Of a stretch of DNA of 64,000 nt, positions 53,356 through 64,000 are shown piece by piece. The stretch's first letter is position 1; every line of letters begins with the position of its first letter. Origin of the DNA: Verrucomicrobiota bacterium (GTDB lineage: Bacteria; Verrucomicrobiota; Verrucomicrobiia; Limisphaerales; UBA9464). The notes under the pieces were generated by a model that saw only the letters and a list, made by a program, of their open reading frames with translations, was not told the DNA's origin and ran no database searches. A program made the translations under genes and the position numbers. Location: assembly GCA_017309115.1 (NCBI GenBank), contig JAFLEF010000037.1, positions 4,350 to 68,349 on the forward strand, given 5' to 3'.

Positions 53356-54141
53356 ATGCAAATCCTTTTTCCGAGCGATCCATTCCGAACGCGTCTTCCC
53401 GACGAAGCCTATGCCGAGGAGCACCAGGAATGGAGTGAGCGCGGACTTTCGACGGCGGTGTTTTCGTTTGAATCATTCCTAAATGGTTCCTTCCAGCCCC
53501 GGCCCGCCCTGGAGGCGGAAGTTCCGGTTCTTTACCGCGGCTGGATGCTCACGCCTGACCAGTACGCCCAATTGCACCAAGCCGTCGCCGCCGAAGGTGC
53601 CAGACTCAGAACCTCCCCGGAGGCATACGAACGATGCCATTACCTTCCCCGCTGGTATCCTCTCCTGGCCGAATTCACACCCGAAACCCGCTTCTTTGCG
53701 GAGACCGATCCGATCGTCAGCTCCTTGCGCGAGTCGGGCTGGGACTCCTGCTTTCTCAAGGATTACGTCAAATCGCTCGGCGCCACCGGCAGCATGGTCC
53801 GTGACTTGAATCAGATCCCGGAGGTCCTGACCCGGATGCGAAAGTATCGCGGAACCATTGAGGGGGGAGTCTGCGCGCGTCGATTGGAGTCATTTCTACC
53901 TGATTCGGAAGACCGCTACCTGGTGAGCGATGGAAGGGTCTACGGACGGAGTGGCCCCATTCCGGAAGTCGTCAGATTCGCCGCCGAGCGAATCGCGAGT
54001 CCCTTTTTCACGGTCGATACGACCCAGCGCGATGATGGAACCATTCGGATCATTGAACTCGGTGACGGCCAAGTCTCTGACCGCAAGCAATGGAGTGCGG
54101 GCGACTGGGTGTCGGCGCTTGCTGGCAAAGTTGCTCCATAG
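53356..54141 (+). CDS. ATP-grasp domain protein (DUF4343 / R2K-clade-like)
   Basis: The ATG at 53356 gives MQILFPSDPF...PDEAYAEE. The motifs LYRGWML...Y, CFLKDYVKSL and IIELGDGQVSD match my memory of the DUF4343 ATP-grasp family. It is the only plus-strand gene within the 42.6-64 kb block. Confidence 0.6.
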   Translation: MQILFPSDPFRTRLPDEAYAEEHQEWSERGLSTAVFSFESFLNGSFQPRPALEAEVPVLYRGWMLTPDQYAQLHQAVAAEGARLRTSPEAYERCHYLPRWYPLLAEFTPETRFFAETDPIVSSLRESGWDSCFLKDYVKSLGATGSMVRDLNQIPEVLTRMRKYRGTIEGGVCARRLESFLPDSEDRYLVSDGRVYGRSGPIPEVVRFAAERIASPFFTVDTTQRDDGTIRIIELGDGQVSDRKQWSAGDWVSALAGKVAP

Positions 54142-54154
54142 TCCCAGGATTCCA

Positions 54155-54340
54155 CTCTACGGCTTTTCGGCCCGGCGAGCGACGCATCGAGTGTTGCTAC
54201 TAACCGCACCGACTCCACGCGCCCCAAAGCGGCAGAGGGCTAGAGGGGTGCCGCACTCCAAACGCTTCGCGACTCCTTCACCTTCTCTCCAAGTCTCCCC
54301 CTCTCGTTCTCCCCCTCCCTCGTTCTCCCCCTCTCCCGCC
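54155..54340 (+). repeat. Composite U+W+V repeat, right flank of the ATP-grasp gene
   Basis: ctctacggcttttcggcccggcgagcgacgcatcga parallels 52925..52960. ggctagaggggtgccgcactccaaacgcttcgcgactccttcacc plus the C/T-rich tail parallels 53205..53328. Confidence 0.8.
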
Positions 54341-54350
54341 CACCCTCGCC

Positions 54351-55028
54351 TTAGCTTTGGAAGAGGCGCATCGGCAGGCGGTCGTGCAGACCTTGCCAGA
54401 GATCCTGCAACGGGACCGTCTGCGCCACGTCGTCCAAGCCCAACTGACCGCAGCGAACCCGCACCGATTCTCCCAGCGGCGCCATCCGCCGCTGCCAGCC
54501 CTGCGCTTCGAGCGGACCAAGCCGATTCAACCGAACCGCCGCCGCCACCAGACCCCGCAGATGCCAGAACAGGAACAACCGTTGAACCGTCTCCAGAGGA
54601 AGACCGAGTTGGGCTGTCACCGCGCCGAAGACCGGTGCCAGGTGCCCCCGGAACTGCGGTTCGGAACTCAGGGGCGGGAGTTCGAAGATGCGCTCCGCCG
54701 CCAACAGGAGCGCCCGTCCCTGAAGTCGACTCGCTCGGTTAGCCACGTGATTGGAGGTAAACGCCTCGCAGAACTCGTCCCACTCCAGGATTCGCTCCGG
54801 GGCTTCATAAGCGACCCGAACTAAAGGCAACACCGCCCGACCCACCTGCTCCAGGCTGGTCCGAAAAAACCGTTCCAATCCTGCTCGATCCGACACTTCC
54901 CCGATTTGAACTGCCGCCTCGAGCCCCGCCGAATGCGCGAAGCCGCCCGATGGGAAGGCCGAGTCCACCCACTGCCATACCAACCACTCCAGTTCGGGGG
55001 CCATGCCGGTCATCAGGGCGTCAGCCAA
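54351..55028 (-). CDS. ureF: Urease accessory protein UreF
   Basis: LVWQWVDSAFPSGGFAHSAGLEAAVQ is the UreF signature. The ORF starts at a TTG at 55028, with an alternative ATG at 55013. Confidence 0.9.
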   Translation of the reverse strand: MADALMTGMAPELEWLVWQWVDSAFPSGGFAHSAGLEAAVQIGEVSDRAGLERFFRTSLEQVGRAVLPLVRVAYEAPERILEWDEFCEAFTSNHVANRASRLQGRALLLAAERIFELPPLSSEPQFRGHLAPVFGAVTAQLGLPLETVQRLFLFWHLRGLVAAAVRLNRLGPLEAQGWQRRMAPLGESVRVRCGQLGLDDVAQTVPLQDLWQGLHDRLPMRLFQS

Positions 55029-55052
55029 CGGAGAAGTTCATTCCCATCCGGA

Positions 55053-55082
55053 AATCTGTGAAAATCTGCGTTTAATCTGCGG
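55053..55082 (+). repeat. 30-bp three-decamer element (copy 2) in the ureC-ureF spacer
   Basis: aatctgtgaaaatctgcgtttaatctgcgg differs at one base from 30259..30288. Confidence 0.75.
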
Positions 55083-55107
55083 TTCCACCTTCCCCTACGC
55101 GGCGAGG

Positions 55108-56823
55108 TCAAAAGAGGAAGTATCGCTGGGCCAGCGGCAGTCTGGACGCCGGGTCGCAGACGAGGAGTTCGCCATCGGCACGAACCTCATACGTCTCCGG
55201 ATCCACCGTGATCTTCGGCGTCGCATCGTTCCACTTCAGATCCTTCTTCGAAACCGTTCGGCAGCCCCTCACGGCTTCCAACCGCTTGTTCAGTCCGTAC
55301 TGGGTCACGACCCCTTGTTCCAAGCTGAGCCCGCTGACGAACGCCACCGAACTGGCTCCCGTGGCCCGTCCAAAGCTGCCGAACATCGGTCGCATGAACA
55401 CCGGCTGCGGCGTCGGAATGCTGGCGTTGGGGTCACCCATCTGGGACCACGCAATGAACCCGCCCTTGATCACCATCTCCGGCTTGGCCCCAAAAAAGGC
55501 CGGCTTCCACAAGACGAGATCGGCCAGCTTTCCTTTTTCCACTGAACCCACCAGATGTCCCATGCCATGAGCCAGGGCCGGGTTGATGGTGTACTTGGAG
55601 ATGTATCGCTTGATCCGCAGATTATCGTTGGCACCGGATTCCCCCGGCAGACGTCCCCGCTGCTGCCGCATCTTATCGGCGGTCTGCCAGGTGCGGGTGA
55701 TCACTTCCCCAATGCGCCCCATCGCCTGACTGTCGCTGCTCATCATGCTGATCGCGCCCAAATCGTGCAGGATATCTTCCGCCGCAATGGTCTCGCCGCG
55801 AATCCGACTTTCGGCAAAGGCCACGTCCTCCGGCAACGTGGCATCCAAATGATGACACACCATCAGCATGTCCAGATGCTCATCCAGGGTGTTAACCGTG
55901 TACGGCCGCGTCGGATTGGTAGAACTGGGCAGGACATTCCGCTCCCCGCAGATCCGAATGATGTCCGGCGCGTGCCCACCGCCAGCACCTTCCGAGTGGT
56001 AGGTGTGAATGGTGCGACCTTTGAAGGCAGCGATGGTTCCCTCGACGAAGGTGGATTCGTTCAGCGTGTCGGTGTGGATGGTCACCTGAACGTCATGCTG
56101 ATCCGCCAGGGTCAGACAGCAATCAATGGCGGCCGGCGTCGTTCCCCAGTCCTCGTGCAACTTCAGTCCAGTGGCTCCAGCGCGAACCTGTTCGATCAAT
56201 CCAGCCGGCAACGCGGTGTTCCCCTTGCCGGTCAGACCAAAGTTCAGGGGCAGCGTATCCAACGCTTGAAGCATCAGGCGGAGGTTGTGGGAACCCGGCG
56301 TACAGGTGGTGGCACAGGTTCCGACGGCCGGACCGGTTCCGCCTCCCACCATGGTGGTCAAGCCGGAGGCAATTGCTTCATGGGCCTGCTGCGGACAAAT
56401 GAAATGAATGTGGGTGTCGAGTCCGCCGGCGGTGAGAATCAGTCCCTCGCCCGCGATGACCTCGGTGGTCACGCCCACAATTAGCCCCGGGGTGACCCCG
56501 GCCATGACATCCGGGTTGCCCGCTTTGCCAAGCCCCACAATCAAGCCGCCTTTGATCCCGACGTCGGCTTTGAAGATTCCCGTGTAATCCACCACCAAAG
56601 CGTTGGTGATCACCACATCCAAAGCATCGGCATCCCCAATGCCAGCGGCCTGGCCCATGCCTTCACGAATCACCTTTCCGCCGCCGAACTTGCATTCATC
56701 GCCATAGACGGTGTGGTCCTTCTCCACCTCCAGGATGAGGCTGGTGTCTCCCAACCGAAGTCGGTCCCCGGTGGTGGGACCAAACATCTCGGCGTAGTGC
56801 TGACGGTTCATTCGATGCGGCAT
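55108..56823 (-). CDS. ureC: Urease alpha subunit UreC
   Basis: The ATG at 56823 gives [29 protein letters not shown]. The motifs [32 protein letters not shown] and the C-terminal YFLF are all canonical. Confidence 0.97.
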   Translation of the reverse strand: MPHRMNRQHYAEMFGPTTGDRLRLGDTSLILEVEKDHTVYGDECKFGGGKVIREGMGQAAGIGDADALDVVITNALVVDYTGIFKADVGIKGGLIVGLGKAGNPDVMAGVTPGLIVGVTTEVIAGEGLILTAGGLDTHIHFICPQQAHEAIASGLTTMVGGGTGPAVGTCATTCTPGSHNLRLMLQALDTLPLNFGLTGKGNTALPAGLIEQVRAGATGLKLHEDWGTTPAAIDCCLTLADQHDVQVTIHTDTLNESTFVEGTIAAFKGRTIHTYHSEGAGGGHAPDIIRICGERNVLPSSTNPTRPYTVNTLDEHLDMLMVCHHLDATLPEDVAFAESRIRGETIAAEDILHDLGAISMMSSDSQAMGRIGEVITRTWQTADKMRQQRGRLPGESGANDNLRIKRYISKYTINPALAHGMGHLVGSVEKGKLADLVLWKPAFFGAKPEMVIKGGFIAWSQMGDPNASIPTPQPVFMRPMFGSFGRATGASSVAFVSGLSLEQGVVTQYGLNKRLEAVRGCRTVSKKDLKWNDATPKITVDPETYEVRADGELLVCDPASRLPLAQRYFLF

Positions 56824-56857
56824 GGCGGAATCTCCGGAAATGGTCAGGGTTGGGAAA

Positions 56858-57625
56858 TCAGGCGGACACGGATTCCTGGTGGGCAAACCCGCGTTGCTTC
56901 ACGGCCGCCAGGGCCTTTTGGCGACCTTCTTCGCTCACCGGGCCACTGGCCAAGGCGTTACCTCCCTGGATTACCCGGTTTCCGGCGATATCCACCAGGA
57001 CTACGGTTTTGGTTTCGCCGGGTTCAAAGCGGACTGCAGTGCCAGCCGGGATATTGAGGCGCTTGCCATAGGCGAGCGAGCGGTCGAAGCGCAGCGCCCC
57101 ATTGGTCTCGACAAAGTGATAGTGACTGCCCACCTGGATGGGTCGGTCTCCGAGGTTAGTGACCGCCAGTGACACTACCGACCGGCCTTCATTAAGAACG
57201 ATTTCGCCGTCCAAAATTTCCGCCGACCCAGGCTCGGGTTCATTCACAGGCGCCGGGAACAAATCAAGTGAAGGCACCGGGAGAAAACTGCCGTACAACG
57301 CCAGAGTCAGATCTCCGTGTTCGGCGGCGATCGGGTGATGCACTGTGACCAGTTTGGAGCCGTCGGGAAACGTCCCTTCCACTTGAACTTCGATGATCAT
57401 CTCCGGAACCCCGGGCAGCACCTGATTTCGCCCCAGAAACTTTCGACCCAGGCTCATCAACTCCGCCACCCGGCGTCCGTCGCGAATGAACTCAAGCAAT
57501 TGCGTGGAGATCAGGGCAACCGCTTCCGGATAGTTCAGCCGAACTCCACGGGCCAGGCGTTTCTGCGCCAGAAACCCGGCGTTGTGCAGAGCCAGTTTCT
57601 CAAGTTCGCGGGGAGTGAGATGCAT
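56858..57625 (-). CDS. ureAB: Fused urease gamma-beta subunit (UreA-UreB)
   Basis: The N-terminal half [39 protein letters not shown]... is UreA (gamma). A ~35-aa linker follows. The C-terminal half [36 protein letters not shown]...[16 protein letters not shown] is UreB (beta). Confidence 0.95.
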   Translation of the reverse strand: MHLTPRELEKLALHNAGFLAQKRLARGVRLNYPEAVALISTQLLEFIRDGRRVAELMSLGRKFLGRNQVLPGVPEMIIEVQVEGTFPDGSKLVTVHHPIAAEHGDLTLALYGSFLPVPSLDLFPAPVNEPEPGSAEILDGEIVLNEGRSVVSLAVTNLGDRPIQVGSHYHFVETNGALRFDRSLAYGKRLNIPAGTAVRFEPGETKTVVLVDIAGNRVIQGGNALASGPVSEEGRQKALAAVKQRGFAHQESVSA

Positions 57626-57667
57626 GGAAGAAAGGATCAGGGAGAACTTCGCAGGAAGGCAACTCTG

Positions 57668-58507
57668 TCACCACTTTCGAGCCAGCGGATCGTCGCCCAA
57701 AAACGCCGGCAAAAACGCGAGACACTCGGCAGTCTGACGGCGAACCGCCTCCACCGTGGTACCCGCCACTCGGATCAATAAGCCTCCGGCGAGTGGACTG
57801 GCACTCAGTCGGGTGGCTGCTCCACGGCCGGCGGGCCGAGTCTGAATCGTCTCACTTAGCGCCTGCACCGCCGTCGCCAGAGGAGGCCCCCACAGAACGA
57901 TCAACGTCATCGCCTGACAGGATCCCATGCGAACCCCGATAGGAATCTCCGGACCGTCTTGGAGGACCACGGAGTCCAGCCAGCGGCGGGATCCTTCGAC
58001 CCACAATTCCGTGCGCGTCCGGTATTCCTCGAACTGCCAGTGTTCGCCCCGTTCGGAGCGACCGGCGGTAAAACCATCCACCCACACCAATCCGGCGGAA
58101 GCGGCCATCCGGATCTCCTGCTGCTGCCGATACCGCGCACCAGCGAAGGCCTGTACCGGATCGGGAATCCAGGCGAGAAAAGAATCCTCCTTCAGAATGG
58201 CCCGGGTCCGTTGCAAGCAGGGAAGTCCGACGGGTGACCGGTAAACTTTGGTGGAAGACTGCGTGCCGAAGAAGGCCGAGGCGCCAGCGCCAATCGTGAG
58301 GTCGAGGTGATGTTCATCGCCGGACACCATGCCTCCGCCATAACTGCTCACATACGCCCAGACACTCCGACCCCGGGGACGCGGCGTGAGCAGTTTGAGC
58401 GGGCTCGTCGCGGACGCCTGAACGACTGCCGACGAACCGGAAACTTGCTGCACGTCCAGTTCCAATCGCCCGGCGGGATTCCGGGTTTCCCAAAGCATTC
58501 GGCTCAA
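57668..58507 (-). CDS. ureD: Urease accessory protein UreD/UreH
   Basis: The position between urtE and ureAB, the length of 279 aa, and blocks such as GGGMVSGDEHHLDLTIGAGA and TQSSTKVYR are typical of UreD. The start is a TTG at 58507 (overlaps the urtE stop) or an ATG at 58498. Confidence 0.85.
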   Translation of the reverse strand: MSRMLWETRNPAGRLELDVQQVSGSSAVVQASATSPLKLLTPRPRGRSVWAYVSSYGGGMVSGDEHHLDLTIGAGASAFFGTQSSTKVYRSPVGLPCLQRTRAILKEDSFLAWIPDPVQAFAGARYRQQQEIRMAASAGLVWVDGFTAGRSERGEHWQFEEYRTRTELWVEGSRRWLDSVVLQDGPEIPIGVRMGSCQAMTLIVLWGPPLATAVQALSETIQTRPAGRGAATRLSASPLAGGLLIRVAGTTVEAVRRQTAECLAFLPAFLGDDPLARKW

Positions 58508-59199
58508 ACCGTCAGATGTTGTTTGACGATGTCGTCGTTGAGGTGGCGGATCGGACCCTCGGCCACAATCGCGCCGCGATCCATGATGTAGAAAACATCC
58601 CCCACCTCGAGACAGAAGTCGAGGTACTGCTCCACCAGCAGGATTCCCATTGTGCCGATGCCCCGCAGGGTTTTGATGGTCTCACCAATCTGGTCGATGA
58701 TGTTCGGCTGGATCCCTTCGGTGGGCTCATCCAGGAGCAACACCTTGGGCCCGGTTAAGAGCGCGCGACCGATCGCCAATTGCTGCTGTTGTCCGCCGGA
58801 AAGCACCCCGCCCTTGCGTTGCAGCATCTCCTTCAGCACCGGAAACAGTTCAAACACCCGTTCCAACTCCCCGTTGAGCCGCTTGCCCTGCGCAATGGCA
58901 CCGATTCGCAGATTCTCCCAAACGGTGAGACTCGGAAAAATGTCCCGTCCCTGGGGCACGTAGCCGACCCCAGAGCGTGCTCGTCCATCCGGGGGAAGGC
59001 CGACCAACTCCTGACCATTCAGTTTCACCGAACCCGAGACCGGCTTCACCAGTCCCACAATGGATTTGAGGGTCGTGGTTTTGCCAACGCCATTGCGGCC
59101 CATCAGACAGACCACCTGCCCGGGCGCGACAGTCAGGCTGACGTCCCGCAGAATGCGCGAGCCGTCGTAGTTCACGAGAATGTTGGAGAGAGCCAGCAT
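58504..59199 (-). CDS. urtE: Urea ABC transporter ATP-binding protein UrtE
   Basis: Walker A GRNGVGKTT, GVGYVPQGRDIFPSLTVWENL, the signature LSGGQQQQLAIGRAL, and LLLDEPTEGIQP. Confidence 0.9.
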   Translation of the reverse strand: MLALSNILVNYDGSRILRDVSLTVAPGQVVCLMGRNGVGKTTTLKSIVGLVKPVSGSVKLNGQELVGLPPDGRARSGVGYVPQGRDIFPSLTVWENLRIGAIAQGKRLNGELERVFELFPVLKEMLQRKGGVLSGGQQQQLAIGRALLTGPKVLLLDEPTEGIQPNIIDQIGETIKTLRGIGTMGILLVEQYLDFCLEVGDVFYIMDRGAIVAEGPIRHLNDDIVKQHLTV

Positions 59200-59216
59200 G
59201 GAAAGTTGGGGGGAAT

Positions 59217-60005
59217 TCAGTGGGCCGCGAGGGCAGGAGTCGGACCAGGCTTCTCCTTTTTCTTGCGCCCGAGATAGACCTCGATGACCCGCTCATCATT
59301 CTGCACCTGATCCACGGTGCCTTCGCAAAGCACATGGCCCTGATGCAACACGGTCACTTTGCGGGCAATCTGCCGGACGAAGACCATGTCATGCTCGATC
59401 ACCACGATCGTGTGCTTGCCGGCCAATCCAATCAGAAGCTCCCCCGTCTTGGCAGTTTCCTCGTCGGTCATGCCCGCGGCGGGTTCGTCCACCAGAAGCA
59501 CCTTGGGATTCTGGGCGAGCAGCATGCCGATCTCGAGCCACTGCTTTTGACCATGCGACAGTGAACCCGCCTTCACGTCGGCCCGGGCGGCCAAGCCCAC
59601 GGTCTGGAGCACCTCATGAATCCGGTCCCGCTGCGATGTGGTCAGTCGAGACACCAACGCCTGCCATAGTCCGCGGCTACCTTCGAGCGACAGCCAAATG
59701 TTCTCGAACACCGTATGATCGGTGTACACTGACGGCGTCTGGAACTTGCGTCCGATGCCCAGTCGATTGATCTGATACTCGTTCAGCCGGGTCAGATCCG
59801 TGTCCTTGCCGAACTCAACCTTGCCGGTGTCGGGTCGGGTCCGGCCGGTGATGATGTCCAGCATGGTACTTTTCCCGGCCCCATTGGGTCCAATGACCAC
59901 CCGGAGCTCGCCCTTATCGAGATACAGGTTGAGGTCATTAATGGCCTTGAAGCCGTCGAAGGTTTTATTGACCCCTTCGAGCATGAGGATGAATTCGGGA
60001 GTCAT
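59217..60005 (-). CDS. urtD: Urea ABC transporter ATP-binding protein UrtD
   Basis: The ATG at 60005 forms an ATGA overlap with the urtC stop. Motifs: [77 protein letters not shown]. Confidence 0.9.
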   Translation of the reverse strand: MTPEFILMLEGVNKTFDGFKAINDLNLYLDKGELRVVIGPNGAGKSTMLDIITGRTRPDTGKVEFGKDTDLTRLNEYQINRLGIGRKFQTPSVYTDHTVFENIWLSLEGSRGLWQALVSRLTTSQRDRIHEVLQTVGLAARADVKAGSLSHGQKQWLEIGMLLAQNPKVLLVDEPAAGMTDEETAKTGELLIGLAGKHTIVVIEHDMVFVRQIARKVTVLHQGHVLCEGTVDQVQNDERVIEVYLGRKKKEKPGPTPALAAH

Positions 60006-61171
60006 TCGGCGGCGGGTTTGGCGGCTGTGGACGGAGTCGAAGTAGGAGCGTCCTCCGGTTTCGTTTTCTTGCCCCGGCGGAAGGTCCGCCATTGCTCGGG
60101 CAAGCCGACGATTCCCTTTGGCATAAACAGAGTCACAAAAACGAACAAGGCGCCCAGGATGTAGGGCCATTGTTCAGCGAAAGCGTGGGTGGCGTAACTC
60201 TTAAGCGAATTGACACCAATGGCGCCGAGTACCGGGCCTACCAGAGCGCCGCGGCCTCCCACCGCACACCAGACCACTGCTTCGAGTGATTTGTCCGGCG
60301 CCATTTCGCTGGGGTTGATGATCCCGACCAACGGGACAAACAAAGCACCGCCGAGCGCGCATATCACTGCCGCCAGGACGAACACGAAGAGCTTGAACTG
60401 GGCAGTGGCATAGCCGGAGAACAGCACCCGATTCTCAGAATCCCTGATGGCCCGTTGGATCAGACCAAACTTGGTGGAGGTCAGCCAGCGGCAGAACATG
60501 TAGACGCCCAGAAGGAGCGCCACGGCACAAATGAACAAGGCGCGCTTGGTGGAGGGCGAATTGAGGTCGTAGCCGAGGATGAACTTGAAGTCGGTCAGTC
60601 CGTTGTTCCCACCGAAGGTGAAGTCGTTACGGAAAAACATCAGCGAAGCGGCGTACGTCAGCGCCTGGCTCAGAATCGAAAAATACACGCCTTTGATTCG
60701 CGAGCGGAAAGCCAGGTACCCGAACGAAAGCGCCACTAAAGCCGGCACCCAAATCACCGCTGCCGCGGCAAACCAGAAGTTGCGGAACGGGATCCAATGA
60801 GGCGGTAGTCCGCCCGTCTCCGGAAATCGTTTGGGGAACTCGAGAAAGACCATGAAGTCCGGAATGTCGGCCTTGTACTGACCCAAATTCCCAATCATCA
60901 GCATCAGGTACATGCCGAGGCAGTAACCGCCGAGCGAGAAGAACAAGCACTGGCCCAGGCTGAGAAGCCCTGTGTAGCCCCACAGCAGGTTCACTCCCAA
61001 CGCCAGCACGGCGTAGCACAGGTATTTGCCCCAGATGCTGAGACTGAAGGTGCTAACGTGGAAAAAGCTGTCGGGCGACACGAAGGTATTGAGGGCCGGC
61101 AACACGCCGAACCCGACCACCGCCGCCAACAGCAGCAGCCAAGCTTCAGTTCGGGAAAATGAGCGCAACAT
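60002..61171 (-). CDS. urtC: Urea ABC transporter permease UrtC
   Basis: Branched-chain-type permease. [24 protein letters not shown] is typical of UrtC. The position is between urtB and urtD. Confidence 0.9.
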   Translation of the reverse strand: MLRSFSRTEAWLLLLAAVVGFGVLPALNTFVSPDSFFHVSTFSLSIWGKYLCYAVLALGVNLLWGYTGLLSLGQCLFFSLGGYCLGMYLMLMIGNLGQYKADIPDFMVFLEFPKRFPETGGLPPHWIPFRNFWFAAAAVIWVPALVALSFGYLAFRSRIKGVYFSILSQALTYAASLMFFRNDFTFGGNNGLTDFKFILGYDLNSPSTKRALFICAVALLLGVYMFCRWLTSTKFGLIQRAIRDSENRVLFSGYATAQFKLFVFVLAAVICALGGALFVPLVGIINPSEMAPDKSLEAVVWCAVGGRGALVGPVLGAIGVNSLKSYATHAFAEQWPYILGALFVFVTLFMPKGIVGLPEQWRTFRRGKKTKPEDAPTSTPSTAAKPAAE

Positions 61172-61206
61172 GGGGATCTCGTTTCAGGGGGAACCGTCCG
61201 CGTTTC

Positions 61207-62892
61207 TCAACCTTCCAAACTCCGTCCCCGGGTCGGAAAAATTCCAGCCGGACGCCACTGCAGGAACAGAATGACGGCGGCCAGAACGGTGATCTTGCCC
61301 AGCACCGCGCCCAACCACGGCTGCAGGATCTGGTCGGTGATGCCGACTCCAAGCGAAGCGAAGACGGTTCCAAAAAGGCTGCCCACCCCGCCCAACACGA
61401 CGATCATGAAGCAATCCACAATGTAGTTCTGACCGAGACTGGGACCCACATTGCCGATCTGGGAGAGGCACGCGCCTGCCATACCAGCCAGCCCCGATCC
61501 GAACGCGAAGGTGAACATGTTGATTCGATCGGTGCGCACCCCTACGCAGGACGCCATGGCCCGGTTCTGCATGACAGCCCGGACCTGGAGACCCAGAGAG
61601 GTCCGGGTCAGTAACAACCAGGTCGCGACCACGATGAAACAGGCGAAGGCGATGACAAAAACGCGGTTGTAAGCGAACAGCACATCATTGAACACGAAGC
61701 TGCCACTCAGCCAACCCGGGGAAGTTACTTGGACATTGGCGGCGCCGAAGATGTGCCGGAAGAGTTGCTGCAACAGCAGGCTGACACCCCAGGTGGCGAG
61801 GAGCGACTCCAGCGGTCGCTTGTAGAGGAAACGAATGACGCCCCGCTCCAAGGCGAGACCCACACCCCCGGCCACCACGAAGGAAACCGCCAGCGCGAAG
61901 AGAAAATACAGGTCGAAACCACCACCGGATCCGCCAAACCAGGACTTGAACACGTTCTGCACCACATAGGCCGTGTAAGCCCCCACCATCATGATCTCGC
62001 CATGGGCCATGTTGATGACCCCCATCAGCCCGAAGGTGATCGCCAAGCCCAGCGCGGCGACTAACAGGACCGCCGCCAGACTCAGGCCGCGAAAGGCGGT
62101 TCCCAACAGATTGCCCCACGCCTGATACGACTGGATCTGCACCACCGCCGTATGCGCCGCATTGAGGGTCTCCGCGCCGTACTTGGAGGGTTCCGCCTTC
62201 GCCTTCGCCTCCAGTTCCTGAAGGTACCCAACTCCATTGATCGATCGCATTTCCCCGAGCTGCTGAATCGCCGGGATTCGCACCGTTGGATCGGCGTCCG
62301 CCGCCCGAGTTAACGCGATCGCCTCGGTCAACGCGTCCTTCACCTCCAAAGAAACCTCCTCCTTCAAACGATCCGCAAACACGGTCAAGTAGTCCGGGTT
62401 CTGCTCCTGACCCAACTTGATCGCGGCGTCGCGCCGAATCTTCTCGTTGGGATCGGAGAGCGCGTACAAATCCATCGTGGCCTTGATCGCGCGGCGCAGC
62501 TTGGAGGTATTCTCCGCACCCGTCAGTTCGGCCGCCGCGAACCGCAATTCGGCGCCCGAACCATCCTTAAGAAATTCACCATTGAGCAATTGGATCGCCC
62601 GGGCTTTTCCGTCGGCATCCAACTGAACATCGAGCACTACCGGAACGCGGCCGCCGTCCCGCTCCAACAGAAACACCTCACTCTGGCGCCAGGCCGCCAA
62701 GCCCCGCTCCACCAGCGGATCCCGCAAGCGCACCAACTGTTGAATCAACTGAATCTGCTCGTCTTGATCCTCACTCAGCAACGCCTTCACCAACACTGCC
62801 CGGCCGCCTTCCGCCTGCTGAGCATGCAGCTTACCGGCCAGCGCCAGAAACATCAGCAGCCAAACCAGGAGAGGTGCGGGGAGTCGAATCAT
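61207..62892 (-). CDS. urtB: Urea ABC transporter permease UrtB (long form with an N-terminal periplasmic HEAT-like extension)
   Basis: The ATG at 62892 gives MIRLPAPLLVWLLMFLALAGKLHA. A ~270-aa helical-repeat region follows, then the LivH-type core (GLAITFGLMGVINMAHGEIMMVGAYTAY). Confidence 0.9.
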   Translation of the reverse strand: MIRLPAPLLVWLLMFLALAGKLHAQQAEGGRAVLVKALLSEDQDEQIQLIQQLVRLRDPLVERGLAAWRQSEVFLLERDGGRVPVVLDVQLDADGKARAIQLLNGEFLKDGSGAELRFAAAELTGAENTSKLRRAIKATMDLYALSDPNEKIRRDAAIKLGQEQNPDYLTVFADRLKEEVSLEVKDALTEAIALTRAADADPTVRIPAIQQLGEMRSINGVGYLQELEAKAKAEPSKYGAETLNAAHTAVVQIQSYQAWGNLLGTAFRGLSLAAVLLVAALGLAITFGLMGVINMAHGEIMMVGAYTAYVVQNVFKSWFGGSGGGFDLYFLFALAVSFVVAGGVGLALERGVIRFLYKRPLESLLATWGVSLLLQQLFRHIFGAANVQVTSPGWLSGSFVFNDVLFAYNRVFVIAFACFIVVATWLLLTRTSLGLQVRAVMQNRAMASCVGVRTDRINMFTFAFGSGLAGMAGACLSQIGNVGPSLGQNYIVDCFMIVVLGGVGSLFGTVFASLGVGITDQILQPWLGAVLGKITVLAAVILFLQWRPAGIFPTRGRSLEG

Positions 62893-62965
62893 GCGAAAGT
62901 GAACTGGGATTATTGAAAAGGGGACGGGTCGCCTCCGACCCGTCCCGTGTGGCAACAGGAGGAGA

Positions 62966-64000
<1,035 letters not shown>

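Noticed and set aside
62080-62892. The long N-terminal helical-repeat extension of UrtB, as a possible novelty
   Set aside because: As far as I recall, long-form UrtB proteins of over 500 aa with a periplasmic N-terminal region are widespread outside cyanobacteria, so I do not consider this unusual.

Overview
This is a GC-rich bacterial chromosomal window with about 48 convincing protein-coding genes. I saw no rRNA, tRNA, CRISPR array, integrase or transposase. The gene content suggests a PVC-superphylum, Verrucomicrobiota-like organism (inference only): PEP-CTERM proteins, a DUF1559-type pseudopilin, an ECF sigma/FecR-LamG pair, a giant LamG/PA14 exoprotein and many secreted beta-sandwich proteins. 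The left two thirds (1 to 42.4 kb) carry glycan and phosphate scavenging exoproteins: a GH53 fragment, a CBM-repeat protein, tandem DUF1593 proteins with an AraC regulator, a roughly 1450-aa PhoD + 5'-nucleotidase fusion, and CysQ. This part also holds a pentaheme cytochrome c, single genes (YaeQ, DJ-1/PfpI, an acyltransferase), several hypothetical membrane or secreted proteins, and a flavin-halogenase-like oxidoreductase next to a GT4. The right third (42.6 to 64 kb) is a urea locus, urtABCDE-ureD-ureAB(fused)-ureC-ureF. Its ureG is displaced by about 11 kb and lies at the end of a co-directional gene run: beta-barrel, isochorismatase-like hydrolase, permease, second hydrolase, cupin, orphan allophanate-hydrolase C-domain. 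That run is preceded by a CHASE hybrid kinase and a sigma-54 activator. This is my top candidate for an undescribed ureide-to-urea catabolic system. Two other signals stand out. First, six unrelated signal-peptide proteins end in a recurrent C-terminal module of about 60 aa with an aromatic-aromatic-Arg-hydrophobic motif, and in one paralog pair this module is swapped for PEP-CTERM. Second, the intergenic regions hold several repeat families: REP-like palindromes, heptamer-armed MITE-like elements, and direct repeats that bracket an antisense ATP-grasp gene. The six-frame track contains many long shadow ORFs, as expected for high-GC DNA, and I discarded them.
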